From NCBI GenBank assembly GCA_964016885.1, contig OZ024740.1, positions 183,210,001-183,274,000 on the forward strand: a stretch of DNA of 64,000 nt, in the 5' to 3' direction. Made by a program: the position numbers and the translations under genes. The notes beneath the pieces are model-generated. The model was not told the origin of the DNA, ran no database searches, and saw nothing but the letters and a program-made list of their open reading frames with translations. Positions 41,367 to 53,889 of this stretch are shown here, piece by piece; the first letter of the stretch is position 1; each line of letters starts with the position of its first letter. The stretch comes from Eledone cirrhosa (Eukaryota).

Positions 41367-44300
41367 TTCTTTGAGTCTCAGTCATTGATGTTATTTAACT
41401 GGAAAGTTTGTTGAAATGAATATCAAGCCACTACCTGCAGCCTCAGATATTCAGGACGTATCGGAGGGTTCTTGCTGTTCCCAGCAAGCATGCTTTTTGA
41501 AATGTTGCAAAAGTGGGGCGAGACCAATTTTCTTTAACCATCCTTGGAAACTCTTTGAGATAGCACCTAGTGCGCCTATGACAATCGGGACCACTTTGAC
41601 TTCATGGCAGTTCCAAATCCTTTTTACCTCCCACTTTAAGTCCTGGTATCGGTTAATTTTCTCCCTCTCCTTCTCTTGCACTCTTGTGTCGAATGGGCAG
41701 GCTACATCCACAATCAGGCACGATCTTTTTTCTTTGTCCAAAACCACCAGGTCAGGTCTATTGTGTTCCAGTTTCTTGTCCGTCTGTATCCTAAAATCCC
41801 ACAGCACCTTCACCTGATCGATTTCTATCACCGACTCTGGCTTATGCTCATACAACTTCTCAGAATGTGGTAAATTGTTTACTTTGCATAGATACCAGTG
41901 GATCACCCTGCCCATCACATCATGTATCCAGCCTTTATAGGGAGTCTGGGCTAGGTGTTTAGACTCGGATACATACAATGTGAGCCACAGTCTCCTCTCT
42001 CTCCCTCCACAGATCCTACACAGTGGGCTAGCCTATTCCTTGTAAATATGGTGTTTCAGCCACTTCAGTTTGAGGGCCTGCTCTTGCGCAGCCATTAGCG
42101 TTCCTTCTGTAGCCATTTTAAGGTCTACTCTTTTCAACCAGTTCCATGTCTGTGGATCTCTGAATTCAGTTTTCTCAAAGAAGGTATTATGAAGGGATTT
42201 TTCATGAAGGTTACTCTTTCTCGTTTTTGTTATTTCCTCCTTGGACATCCCCTGGTCTATTGTCTTCTCCTTCAGTACAATTCTGAGCATTGGCTCCCTC
42301 CTATCAGTCACGTATTTGTGTAGGTTGTTTTTCTCCATCTGAACACAGTCTTCTATGCTGATAAGACATCTTCCACCTTCAGATCTCCTTAAGTAGAGTC
42401 TATCGACATCACTCTTCTTGTGGAACATGTTGTAGATAGACAATAGTTTCCTAGTCTTCCTATCCATTTCTTTTTGTTCAGCTTCATTCTATCTCAGAAT
42501 TCCCGCACTGTACCTAATAATATACACAGCTCGGGAATTTACTGCACTTATGGCATTCCTACTGTTCAGATGTGACTTTAATACGCTCGTTACTCTCCGA
42601 ATGTATTCAGATCTAATCAATTCCTTCATTTTTTTTGTTATTGATGTCATCAGCCTCCAGAACACCTAAATATTTGTATACATCTTCAGTGTCAATTTCC
42701 TTTATCATATCACCTGTTGGTACCTGGATTCCGTTGCTTCTGCTAAATTTACCCCTCTTCATCACAAGGACTCCACACTTACTAATACCAAATTGTATAC
42801 ATATATCATTGCTGAAAATACGGACAGTGTCAACAAGCACATCCAACTCCTTCTCACTCTTCCCGAAGAGCTTAAGATCGTCCATGAAAAGGAGGTGATT
42901 GATGGTAAGCTCTCCCTTTCCCAACTTGTATCCTGCTCTCACTTTTCGCAGTATAATGGTCAGGGGTATCAGGGCAAGGACAAACAACAAAGGGGACAAA
43001 CTATCTCCCTGGAAGATACCTCTCTTTATCTTCACGCCCCCCAAGGATTCTCCAGCCGATGTTAACTCTGTTTTCCAGGACTTCAGACTTTTGCTCAACA
43101 ACTGTCTGATTTTATCTGCTACCTTGAAGATCACTAAGCTGTTGGTGATCCAAAAATGAGGTAACATGTCAAATGCCTTTTTGTAGTCTATCCATCCCAT
43201 GGCAATACCAGCGTGTCTCCTCTTGCAATTCCTCTTTACCATATTATCAATAAGTAACTGGTCCTGTGTACCACGGGACTTCTTTTGGCATCCATTCTGT
43301 TCGTCCGGTAACAAGTTGTTTATGTGGAGGTGATGGTAGATTTCCTCAGACACAATGCTTGTTAACAGTTTCCACATTACGGACAGACATGTGATAGGTC
43401 TATAGTTGGTAACATACTAACCCTTGATACGGTCTTTCATTACCAGAACTGTGGTATCTTTTGTCAACCACTCTGGTACCTCACCTGACATCAAGCAGTC
43501 ATTGAACATGGTTGTCAGTTTCAGGTGGAGGGATGTTATATTTTTAATCCATTACTCCTGCACACCATCTGGGCCTGGTGATTTCCAGTTGGTTAGTTTT
43601 TTGGCCTGCCCCTTAAGAGTTTCAACTGTGATACTCAAATCAGTTTGTTGGTGTGCCTGTTCACTAATCTCCTTTTGTACTGTCTCAATCCACACTGCTT
43701 GATCATTATGTTTAACATCCTGCTCCCATATTCCGCTCCAGAAAGTCTTAGTTTGTTCCGCCTCAGGGATCACGTCGTTGCCTCTTTCTTTCCCTTCAAG
43801 CTGTCCAAACAACATATTCTGGTTGTTGTCAAACATGCGGTTCTGTCTATACTGACTGATTCTGCTCAAGTATCGCCTAATCTTTGCACTCTTTGCTACA
43901 ATGCGTTGCTTCAGTTCCTCTATGATAATATTTAGCTTTTTCCTCCTAGTTTTGTACTTTATTTCCAGTCTATTTTTAGTGTCTATGTTTTTTTAGTGTC
44001 CCATTCAGTAGGGACTCAAGCTTTCCAACGTCATTTCTCATTTCCCTGATTTGACCACTCAGTCGTTTCTTCCACCAAGGTTCTGATCTTTCTTGTTTGT
44101 TGTTTCCTCTCGCTTTTATGCCAAGTAATTTCCTCACCGCATTTGCTGTTGCTTTGAGGATATTGTTGCACTGGTGAAGGCTCCTCGCCTCAAGGTATGG
44201 GATGACTTTGTTTATCTTAGCTATTGTTTCTTTTAACTTTTTCCTGTCTACAAATCTTAGGTTCATAGGTTTCCTACTATCATTGTTCATTTCATCTATC

Positions 44301-45075
44301 ACTAAGTTTAGGATATCAACCAAATCTTGTCCTAGCCCGTCAGCATTCATTTCATCAATGGCCGTATCTTTGTTCCAAATATTATTTATTTCAGCATTTT
44401 GCCTTTCATCCTTACGGGGTCGATAAAATAAAGTACCAGTAATGAACTGGTTAATTGCTGGCCTTGTGCCTAAAGTAGAAACAATTATTTGTTTCAGCAT
44501 TCAGATCCTTGTCTGCTTCGGATGGTTCCTCCGTTCTCTCAACGTCTGCACCTTCATTTCCCACTGGCTCGTTTGCCTGGCATACTCCACTCTCCATTTC
44601 CAACCTAATCTCTCTGCTCAGTTCCTCCAGTTCCAGCTCGCTTCTCCACCCATTAGTTCTTATTACCCGAGCCTGCCCAGCCAATTCTTGTTCATCTAAT
44701 TTAAATAGACCAATCTCGTCCCAGATGTTATGCATCAGTTTCCTATAGCCTTTTTCCTTGGGGTTACTCTTCAGGTAACATTGCATAACAGTTCTATTCA
44801 ATTCTTTCATACAGTTGGTTCTGGCCCCTTTCTTTCTTCTTCTTCCTCCAACACCAGTAGTATTTGTATGACAGCCAGGTCCCTGCTGCTAAGCCAGGGA
44901 GCACCTGCTGGGTGAGAGTGTGTCACATGGCATTCCAGTCTCCACTTCAGCGTGATTCGAACTGTTTAGGTTCGACATTTAAGCACTCATATCGAGGATT
45001 GGTGAATGTATGGTTACATAACTACCGGTGATTTCATCACCCCCGGTGACTTTAGCGTGGCACCATCACGCTGTA
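41367..45075 (-). mobile_element. R4/Dong-type RLE retrotransposon, near full length, degenerate
   Basis: ATG at ~44978; N-terminal KELNRTVMQCY...GYRKLMHNIW; WKSPGPDGVQ; WIDYKKAFD; GIFQGDSLSPLLF; HLLFMDDLKLF; YKYLG; AAQEQAL; RLE RPDLVV...DVACP; (TAA)n tail. Dong elements are known TAA-repeat integrators. Confidence 0.93.
44397..44490 (+). mobile_element. SINE family A 3' half inserted in the Dong-like ORF, with TSD
   Basis: Core plus tail; flanked by attatttatttcagcatt (44381-44398) and attatttgtttcagcatt (44484-44501). Confidence 0.9.
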
Positions 45076-45389
45076 GACGAACATAAATAAACAAACAAAC
45101 AAATAGATAAAAACCTAAAGGAACAAAAATAAACATAAGTTTCATTGTAATGTTTGAATGTCTGACTTAGTTTTTTTTTCTTTTTTTTTTTTGTTTCTTT
45201 TTCTCCTTTGCGTTTTTTCGTTTTAGAAGGCCAGTAACATCGGTTACTCCTGTTGTTGTTGCTGCTGCTGCTAAGGGAAGTAGGGGTTGTTGTGTTCAAA
45301 CTTTTCAAATTTGTGTTTGTTGTTGCGTTTCCTTCTGTCTGTGTTCTGTTCTATAATTTTTCGATTATAGTTTTTTCTATAATTTTTTT

Positions 45390-45488
45390 CCTTTCATCCC
45401 TACGGGGCCGACACCACAAAGCACCTGCAACACACCGGAACAATTGCTGGCCCCGTGCCAAAAGCAGAAGCAATTATTATTATTATTA
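45390..45488 (+). mobile_element. SINE family A 3' half with T>C hypermutation
   Basis: Collinear with the family core and tail, but 12 consensus T positions are C. Confidence 0.85.
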
Positions 45489-45534
45489 TATAGTTTAGAT
45501 TTGGCATCGTTTAAACTAAACATTTTGAAAGAAT

Positions 45535-47606
45535 AATTCAAGATTTTAGCCAAGATGCTAGCAAAGAGGTTGGCTCTTGTCGTTTGTGGTCTGGTGGGAG
45601 AGGCGCATACATGTGCCATTCCAAACAGATCCATCCACAACAACCTCCACCTCATGCGATACATTGTGGCGAGGGTAGCTAGGGAACCTGGCACGGGTGG
45701 GTCCTTGATCAATTTAGATCGTTCGAAAGCTTTCGATAGGGTCGACCATCATTATCTGGCGGCAGTCGTGAGGGTGGCTGGATTTGGGCCCGTCTTCAGA
45801 GGCTGGATCGTTGCCATGCACAGCGACATCTGCTCTGTGGTGAGAGTGAACGGTCACCTTTCAGAACCGTTCAACATCATGCGCTCGGTCCGCCAAGGAT
45901 ATCCCCTCTCGTCCCTTTTGTGCGTATTGACTCTCGAGCCATTACTGCACAAACTGGAGACGTTGAGGGGGGTCCCGCGCGAACTAGGATGCGGAAGATC
46001 CGTGTCAGCATATGCGGACGATGTCACCGTAGTATGACGAACGCCAAACACATCGAGGCGATCGGAACTACACTAAGATAATACGAAGCGGTGACAGGAG
46101 CAATGATCAACCAGGAAAAGTCAGTTGGCCTGCAGCTCGGCACATGGAGAGGCAGGTCCATGCCACCCAACAGCGTCGTCGGGCGCTGGATGGACGGACC
46201 AGTTACATTGCTAGGAGTCTGGTTCGGTCCGGACCTTCAGACGGACAAAAACTGGGACGAGGTGACGAGCAGGGTGGCTTCTCTCACCCAGAAATGGGCA
46301 GAGAGGCAACTATCCCTGGAAGGTCGAGCGGAGGTGGCGAATGCGTACTTTGTCCTAAGCCTCGCCTAACTGCGCTGGAGCGTTTTCTCTTTCGCTTTTT
46401 GTGGAAGGGATGCGCTCCGATGGTCAAGCGGTCCATCTGCTGTCAACACCCGCTACGTGGAGTGCTGGGCATGCCGTGGCTGATGATGCGCAGACACGCG
46501 CTCAGGCTACAATATCTCCACCTCTTCCTCGACGGTGATCAGGTGTGGTCTCCGTTTGCTAGACACGTATTTCCCCAGCTCGTCTCCTTGACGGAGCTGC
46601 AGTCCTGGGTCAAGCGAAGACCGAGAGGGAGCGCTTGGAGACTGGAATGTCTTCAGCCACTCATGGCCCTCGACTAGTCGGGAAATGTGAACGGTTGAAA
46701 CTCCAACTTGGCCTTCTATAAAGGATTAGTGGAGGGGGAGAGCGACGTCGTACTTGGGGAAACTCTAGGCGTCGACAAAAATCAACTAACCAATCTCTTC
46801 GGTAGAACTTTCGGACCGGGGCCCATGGACAATTTCCAGAAATCCCTGGCCTGGCAGTGCTACCAAGGAGCTTTGCCACTTCGGGATAAACTCTACAGTC
46901 ATGGAAATGCCGTCAGCCGCGCATGTCTGAGATGCGCGCAGGGCGACGAAACCGTCCTGCATGCACTTCTCAAGTGTCAGAGCATTGCTGACTTGTGGGT
47001 TTATGTCGAACACCTGCTGTCGCGTGTAGAACGGATCCGGCTATCAGCTGAGTCCATCATGAGGATTTCCAGCCCTCTTCCTTTAGCCGGGAAGGGTAGG
47101 CAGTTTTTATCTGTCTGGTGGCAATGGCGAATGAGATAGTATGTTGGACGCATCTGAAAGGGCTGAAGACGAGCACTTACCTCTTCAGTGATGCCCTGAT
47201 TAACTTTTTCAAATTTCATTTAAAAAGGAAAATCAGGGTAGAGAGGGAAGATCTCCTCTCCCTGAATGTTGTTGAAAGATGGGTGAGAGAGAGGCAAGAA
47301 TGGCCCGAGTGAATGGGCCTACTCTGAGTATATGCCTGTAAATTGAAGGTGGAAAACTGAGAGAGGGCATTTTCCCTGGTGGTCAGGGTCACCGGGGCTT
47401 TATAATGGGCTTTCTCCACGATGGCCCTCGGAAGTCTCCCCCCTTTTGGGGAATTTTTCATTGTTCTTTTTTTGTTACATCCTCTGTTTTTTTTGTTTTG
47501 TTTACACGCAGAAATGCCCATTTGCACCGTCCTGTATTGTCCTGTACTGTCCTTAATGTCTACTTTGTGTAAACCCTTGTGGTTAATAAAGAAAGCATTA
47601 TTATTT
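45535..47606 (+). mobile_element. Tx1-clade element, 5'-truncated (RT to 3' end)
   Basis: KILAKMLAKRL, DRSKAFDRVDH, VRQGYPLSS, SAYADDVTV, CLRC...H...C; AATAAA + ATTATT. Confidence 0.92.
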
Positions 47607-48585
47607 TGGAGACTGGAATGTCTTCAGGCGCTCACAGCCCGCGACCAATCGGGCAATGTGATCGGTGGAAACTCCACCTTGGCGTTCTATAGAGGATTAG
47701 TGGAGGGGGAGAGCGACGACGTATTTGGGGAAACTCTAGGCGTCGACGAAAATCAACTAGCCAATCTCTTTGGAAGAACTTTCGGGCCGGGGCCTATGGA
47801 AAACTTCCAGAAATCCCTAGCCTGGCAGTGCTACCGAGGATCTTTGCCAGTTCGGGGTAAACTCTACAGGCATGGAGGTGCCGACAGCCGGGCATGTCCG
47901 AGATGTGCGCAGGGTGACGAAACCGTCCTGCACGCACTCGTCCAGTGTCCGAGCATTGCTGACTTGCGGGTTTATGTCGAACACCTGCTGTCGCGTGTAG
48001 AACGGATCCGACTATGCTGAGTCCATTGTGAGGATTGCCCCGCCCTCTTCCTTTAGCCTGGAAGAGCAGGCAGTGTTTATCTGTCTGGTGGCCATGGCGA
48101 AAGCGATAGTATGGTGGACGCATCTGAAAGGACTGAAGACGAGCACTTACCTCTTCGGTGATGCCCTGATTAACTTTTTCCAATTTCATTTGAAAAGGAA
48201 AATCACGGTAGAGAGGGAGGTGCTCTCTTCCCAGCTTTTTGTTGAAAGATGGGTGAGAGAGGCAAGAATGGCCCGAGTGAGTGGACCTACGCTGAGTATG
48301 TGTCTGTAAATTAAAGGTGGAAAACTGGGAGAGGACAATTGCCCTGATGGTCAGGGTCACCGTGGCTATTTTTAATGGGCTTTCTCCACGATAGCACTTG
48401 GAAGTCTCCCCCCTATTGAGGAATTTTTCATTGTTCTTTTATTACATCCTCTGTTTTTTTTTGTTTTTTTTACACGCAGAAATGCCCATTTGTACCGTCC
48501 TGTATTGTCCTGTACTGTCCTTAATGTCTACTTTGTGTAAACCCTTGTAGTTAATAAAGAAAGTATTATTATTATTATTATTAAT
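47607..48585 (+). mobile_element. Tx1-clade element, 5'-truncated 3' copy in tandem
   Basis: Paralog of 46635-47606; CPRC finger; AATAAAGAAAG(TAT)n tail. Confidence 0.92.
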
Positions 48586-48789
48586 CTTTCGTCAGAATTA
48601 AGACAAATGTCATCCATCTTTACTTATATTTCAAAAGCTAAATCATATTTTCGTTATAGTTAGCCGACACCACCATCTACATCCAAGGAATTCAATATAT
48701 ATTTGAGTAAATGCCATATATATATAAATTGTATTACATGAACAAGTAAATGGTCGTATGAATATTTCGTAAATGTTAATAATTGTAAT

Positions 48790-48982
48790 GATAATTGTTT
48801 CTACTTTTGGCACAAGGCCAGCAATTAGCCAGCGCATTACTGGTACTTTATTTTATCGACCCCGTAAGGATGAAAGGCGAAGTTGACCTCGGTGGGATTT
48901 GAACTCAGAAGAGAAAGGGCCGTAACTCTATGCGTCAAAGCATGACGTGCTCCCCTCTACCGATACTGCCAATCCACCGCCT
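48790..48982 (-). mobile_element. SINE family A, full length
   Basis: Reverse complement of 28424-28612. Confidence 0.9.
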
Positions 48983-49002
48983 TAATAATTGTAATAATAA
49001 TG

Positions 49003-49140
49003 ATTTCTATTATAGGCTCAAGGTCAGCAATTGGGGGAAAAGGGAACGTCGATTAAATCGACCCTGTAAGGATGAAAGACAAAACTAATCTCGGTGGGAG
49101 TTGAACTCGGAAGGTAAAGGGCCATAACTCTATGCCGCAA
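49003..49140 (-). mobile_element. SINE family A variant, partial
   Basis: gtaaggatgaaag...ctcggtgggagttgaactc...ggccataactctatg. Confidence 0.7.
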
Positions 49141-49154
49141 ATTTGGACCTTCGT

Positions 49155-49455
49155 AAAAAACTGAAGATATGTCTCTTCGTTGCTGTAGTGGATTCTGTGC
49201 TGCTGTACGGGTCTGAGACTTGGACACTGACCAAGAAACTCTCTCAGATGGTGGTTGGAGGCTACACGAGAATGCTGATAATGGCTCTGAACATTAATTA
49301 GTATACACTGAGGATGAAGAACTCAGAGCTATACGGGAGCCTCCCAAAAGTCAGCTCGAGAGTAGCACAGAGGAGACTGGGGTTAGCTAGACATGTTCAC
49401 CAACATCCAGAGTTGACACGGCACTCAGTGCTCCTATGGGAGCCCCTGCATGGAG
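49155..49455 (+). mobile_element. RTE-type LINE C-terminal fragment, third family
   Basis: LLYGSETWTLTKK...YTRML...NSELYGSLPKVS...RRLGLARHVHQHPEL...LLWEPLHG. Confidence 0.8.
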
Positions 49456-49470
49456 TTGCAGAGGTATGCA

Positions 49471-49507
49471 GTCCTGATGAAGGGAAATGTTCGAGAAACA
49501 TGTTGAT
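49471..49507 (+). ncRNA. Degenerate minimal hammerhead ribozyme motif (PLE-type)
   Basis: GTC-CTGATGA-agggaaatgttcga-GAAA-CATG-T-T-GAT; palindromic ACATGT stem III and stem I GTC/GAT; stem II weak. Confidence 0.55.
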
Positions 49508-49638
49508 GGTTCCCCAAAGCCAGTGTTGAACAAACAGGTGACGATTGGTCACCGGCATGGTACAGCTTCGAATTGGGCCGTTTGTTTACATGCGAATCGA
49601 ACATTATTATTAATGTTCCATATAACCCATACGTACAG

Positions 49639-49692
<54 letters not shown>

Positions 49693-49703
49693 GTGTGTTT
49701 GTG

Positions 49704-49744
<41 letters not shown>

Positions 49745-49949
49745 GGGGGGGGGATGCATACTCACATTTATGTATCAGCTGTGCTAGGGCAAGAAATAAA
49801 ATTCTAATTTTATTATTTTTATGAAGTCGTTTTACACCAGTCTTTGATTTTACAGAACACAGAAAAGATTGATACCATTTCAAATTAATCTATGGTGTAT
49901 ATTAATTTAGCTTTTTGGGGATAGTGTAATGTTATTATTGACCTAATTC

Positions 49950-50652
49950 AGAATATCAGACGGAAACAGAAAGGTTACGACAACAAGAAAGACGATTGCA
50001 ACTTTCTGAAAGTGTACAGAACCTGAGACAGGAAACCGAAAGATTAAAGCAAGAAGAAATACTATCGCAATAAACAGCGGTTCAGTATGAAAATCACCAA
50101 GAGGCAATGACAGTTGCAATGCAAACTTGACTCTTCAAGGCAGAATAAACTGGCTAAGAGCTGCATTTTCATATGATCCATCGAAGAATTATAGAAATGA
50201 TCCTAAAGTCGTGATTGGATTCATTGATATTACACTCGGCATGTATTGCTTAGGAGGAAAGGTCAGACTTCCACTGATAGAGGACCCTCCAGCTTTTATC
50301 CATATACAGCGTACAGACCAAACTAACAAAGGTAAACACTTCAGCAGCAATTTTATGCAGTATATTGCTGCGTTTCAGATGACATCCTTTGGAGCTGAAA
50401 AAGATCATACTGACTATGTTTATTTCAAAACACTTAAAATCCAAGGAGAATGCTACCATTTAAGCAGTAGTTTACACACCCAGCCTAATAAGGAAATTTT
50501 ATGATGGTTCTTTTTATGTTTCACACATATATACACACATTACGGTCTCACCTCATATTGTAAACCAGACAACACATCAAATGCAGTCGTTTTCTCTTTT
50601 ATCCATCTTCTCTTAACTGTTTTCATGGGTGAAGCTGACTACCTAAGCTAGT
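49950..50652 (+). mobile_element. Helitron remnant (RepHel N-terminal fragment plus CTAG end)
   Basis: AAFSYDP...VVIG...GMYCLGGKVRLP...PP...AAFQMTSFGA...KIQGECYHLSSSL matches the Helitron Rep N-terminal region; degenerate hairpin then CTAGT at ~50648. Confidence 0.75.
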
Positions 50653-52347
50653 TTGTTTATAATTCTTAACCCTTATGATGTGACGTACGGCCAATTGTGG
50701 TGATTTGGGGTTTTGATCCATACCTTCTCTTTCATCACTCTTACGCATTTATATTTGTGTTTACCAACAATATTTTATTTGCACTATTCTTCTGAACAAA
50801 TTGCAAGAAATTCATAATGTTATTGACGAATTTGTGGTGTTATTTATGTATATACATAAAATATATTTATAATGTTATGTATACACCTGTAAGTAAAATT
50901 CTTACAGAATAAAAATATACACACAAATGATATAAACAATACTTAATTACATAAATATTTCAAATTGAAACATAAAATCAAAACAAAAGAAAATATAATT
51001 ATGATGTTTAACATAGAAATAGAATTCATGGAACCTTATAAATACGATACATAAAATATACAATCAAAGCAAAAAAATAAAACTTTCATTGAACACTAAA
51101 TGCATCAGTCGGACACTCAATGCATTACCTTTGGTGATGGCAAGACAAAGGTGCTGAAACAACCAAACACCGTCACACTGGTCTGAGGTTGCATATTCAT
51201 CTGGCAGGAACCCACTTGTATCACAACAAACCATCATATATAGTGGCCATATTGCTGTCCACCACCAGCAATCTGTTCTCTAGCAGAACAGCTCTACTGA
51301 GAATTGCATTTAAGGATTATTTCTTAAGTATGTGTTTCAACAGTAACTTTATTCCAGTAATCATTCATTTAAAAATGTTATTCTATATTTGGGCTATTTT
51401 TAAAAATGAAAATAATAAATATATTTCAGAATTTGATAAATAAAATGAAATGTTATATCATTTATTCCAATACAAAAATGTCTACTAACTAAAAAACTTG
51501 ACTATTCACAATTAGAGCAGTTTGGACTGAGATATCCTTTTTTCATTCCTGGCTACATTGAAAACCTTCAGATGGCTGCAACAAATTATCTATTCCTATT
51601 TGCTCATTCATGCAGCTGATGACAGTGACACAATGCCTTTGAAGGACACATTGTTTCCAGGAGTAACTGATAAGCAAGGTCAGATTGTCTTTTTGTCCCC
51701 ACACCCATATATGAAGTCTGCAAACAAAATTTTAATTTGAATACAATGGTGCTCCTCCTCCCTTAATGCCCTAAGCATGTGTTTATTTTCCTTAATGGTT
51801 AATACAGCTCAATTGATAAGTCCGATACAGACAAAATATTTGGTTGTATATTAGGCAGATGTGATGAGAACAGTGTTATAATGCAGTGGTGTCTCTTGAC
51901 TCTCATAGCTCCCTCTTTTGTTCAGATTTTCTGATTCTGCCTGTAAGAAATTGTGGTCAAATTCCCCTAAAATCACAATTTACAAATCTTAAAAAAGAAA
52001 GGACAGAGCAAATAAACTTAGATAGATACTTGTAAATAGACTATGTTATTATTGCTAGAAAGCATTTGATCATATATCTTCTGGATTATGGTTGGCCTAG
52101 AGATAAAGCAAACATTGTTTGCAAATTCTAAATGGATATTTTCTTTTTGTGCTGTTCAGAAATGAAGATATAATCATCCAACAGCTAATATGTTGTTGTG
52201 AGGAGCAATGAATTCAGACAAAAAGAAGATAATGTGACAAAATCACTTGAGAAGTGACAAAGTATGCTAGTAGTATTTAATTGTAGACATTCCATTAACA
52301 TTCTGAGTGTGAATTCCATCACAGTTGATGTAACCTTTCAGTATAGT

Positions 52348-52600
52348 CAGTGCTGGACTTGCCTACAAGTTGAATAAGCTTTGGCTTAAGGTAACACACC
52401 CTTGGAGGTCTCATATTTAAAAAAAAGTTATTTTAATTTTATCATTAGTTTTTATTCTTTAACACTAGATCATCAAAAATTATATATATTATTTATTCTT
52501 TATCATTAACATTAATATAAAAAATAATGATTATATTTTTTAGAGAAGGGCCTCAAATTTCATATAGCTTAGAGCCTCAGTAGGTAAAAGTCCAGCCCTG
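52348..52600. mobile_element. hAT-like MITE
   Basis: TIRs CAGTGCTGGACTT / AAGTCCAGCCCTG; the right end also occurs at ~17230-17296. Confidence 0.55.
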
Positions 52601-53020
52601 AGTCTCAAGCGGGTGATAGTAGAAATAGTCAGATGAACACTAGATTGGTTTAATCGATTTGTATGCTTTGCTAAAATGTGTAGCCATCTGTCTGTTTATA
52701 AATCATTATATTGGTTGCTGATGATATTTGTAATTCACTGCAACAATATCAATCACTTGTACATTTAGACAGTCAAAACATGCAGTCCTGTATCAATAAA
52801 ACAGGTGTGCATATATGTTTACCAGCATCTTTCCATACACTCATACATGCATACACACACATTGAAATGAAAACAACTATAAAAATTAGTTTTCCACACA
52901 ATGAGACATTCCACAAAAGCAATAAATTTTTCACTTTATTTTTTTCAGTCTTTCATTACACACACACACACACATACATACACACGCACACACACACACA
53001 TACACACGCGCACGCATGCG

Positions 53021-53082
<62 letters not shown>

Positions 53083-53889
53083 ATAGATATTTTAAAAAAT
53101 ACATTAAAAACAAATTATTCAAACTTTTACCATGGAGTGATTCCAACTGGTTCTTCTTATATTGATTTATATTGAATTTCTTTTCTCTACTAGATAACTT
53201 CTGCACACCAGCTTAGCTCAAAGATACATATCAAATTGCATGCTACCACATCTAGTTTTCATTACTTAGTATTTAATGGATATCCTAAAGTGACTTAAGT
53301 ATGTGCTTAAACTTTCTCTGAAGCTTCTGTTTATAATAAACACCTTTTCAACTAAAACTTGTTACAGAGGTTTATCTAAATAGACATAGTACATTAGTTA
53401 TTGCTTATGATCCAGCAGTAGATTTACTCATATAAGCAGACTTGATCACTGATCTTCATTTGAAGACAAAATATTTCATGTTATCAGTACTATTTCATAT
53501 ATGCTCTAAGTACAGCTTTGCTTTTCATCTTCCCGCAGTTGATACAATGAGTACCAGTTAAGTACTACATTGATATAATCAACTATACCCCTCTCCAAAA
53601 TGTATGTGTTGGGCTTGTATTAGAAATCACTAAAGACCATTGATAGCAGAATCAGTAAAAAGTTTTTAGTTATGCCTCAAATCATACCAAGTTCAACTTT
53701 TGCTAAAATAAATTCTAAATAAATTTGGCTCTATGCCAAATATAGGAATCCTTATTACATCTGACACAATATGCTTTCAAGCTGTTGAACATTTTGTAAA
53801 ATGCAATATGTTATGCAGTTTGATATTTCTTATTTTCCAGGAGCAGTATTTATTATGTACATAATGTATATATAGGTGACCTAATTAGC

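Noticed and set aside
45001-45075. HDV-like ribozyme at the Dong 5' end
   Set aside because: I could not find nested P3/P1.1/P4 helices or the catalytic C; only a simple H-type pseudoknot plus hairpin
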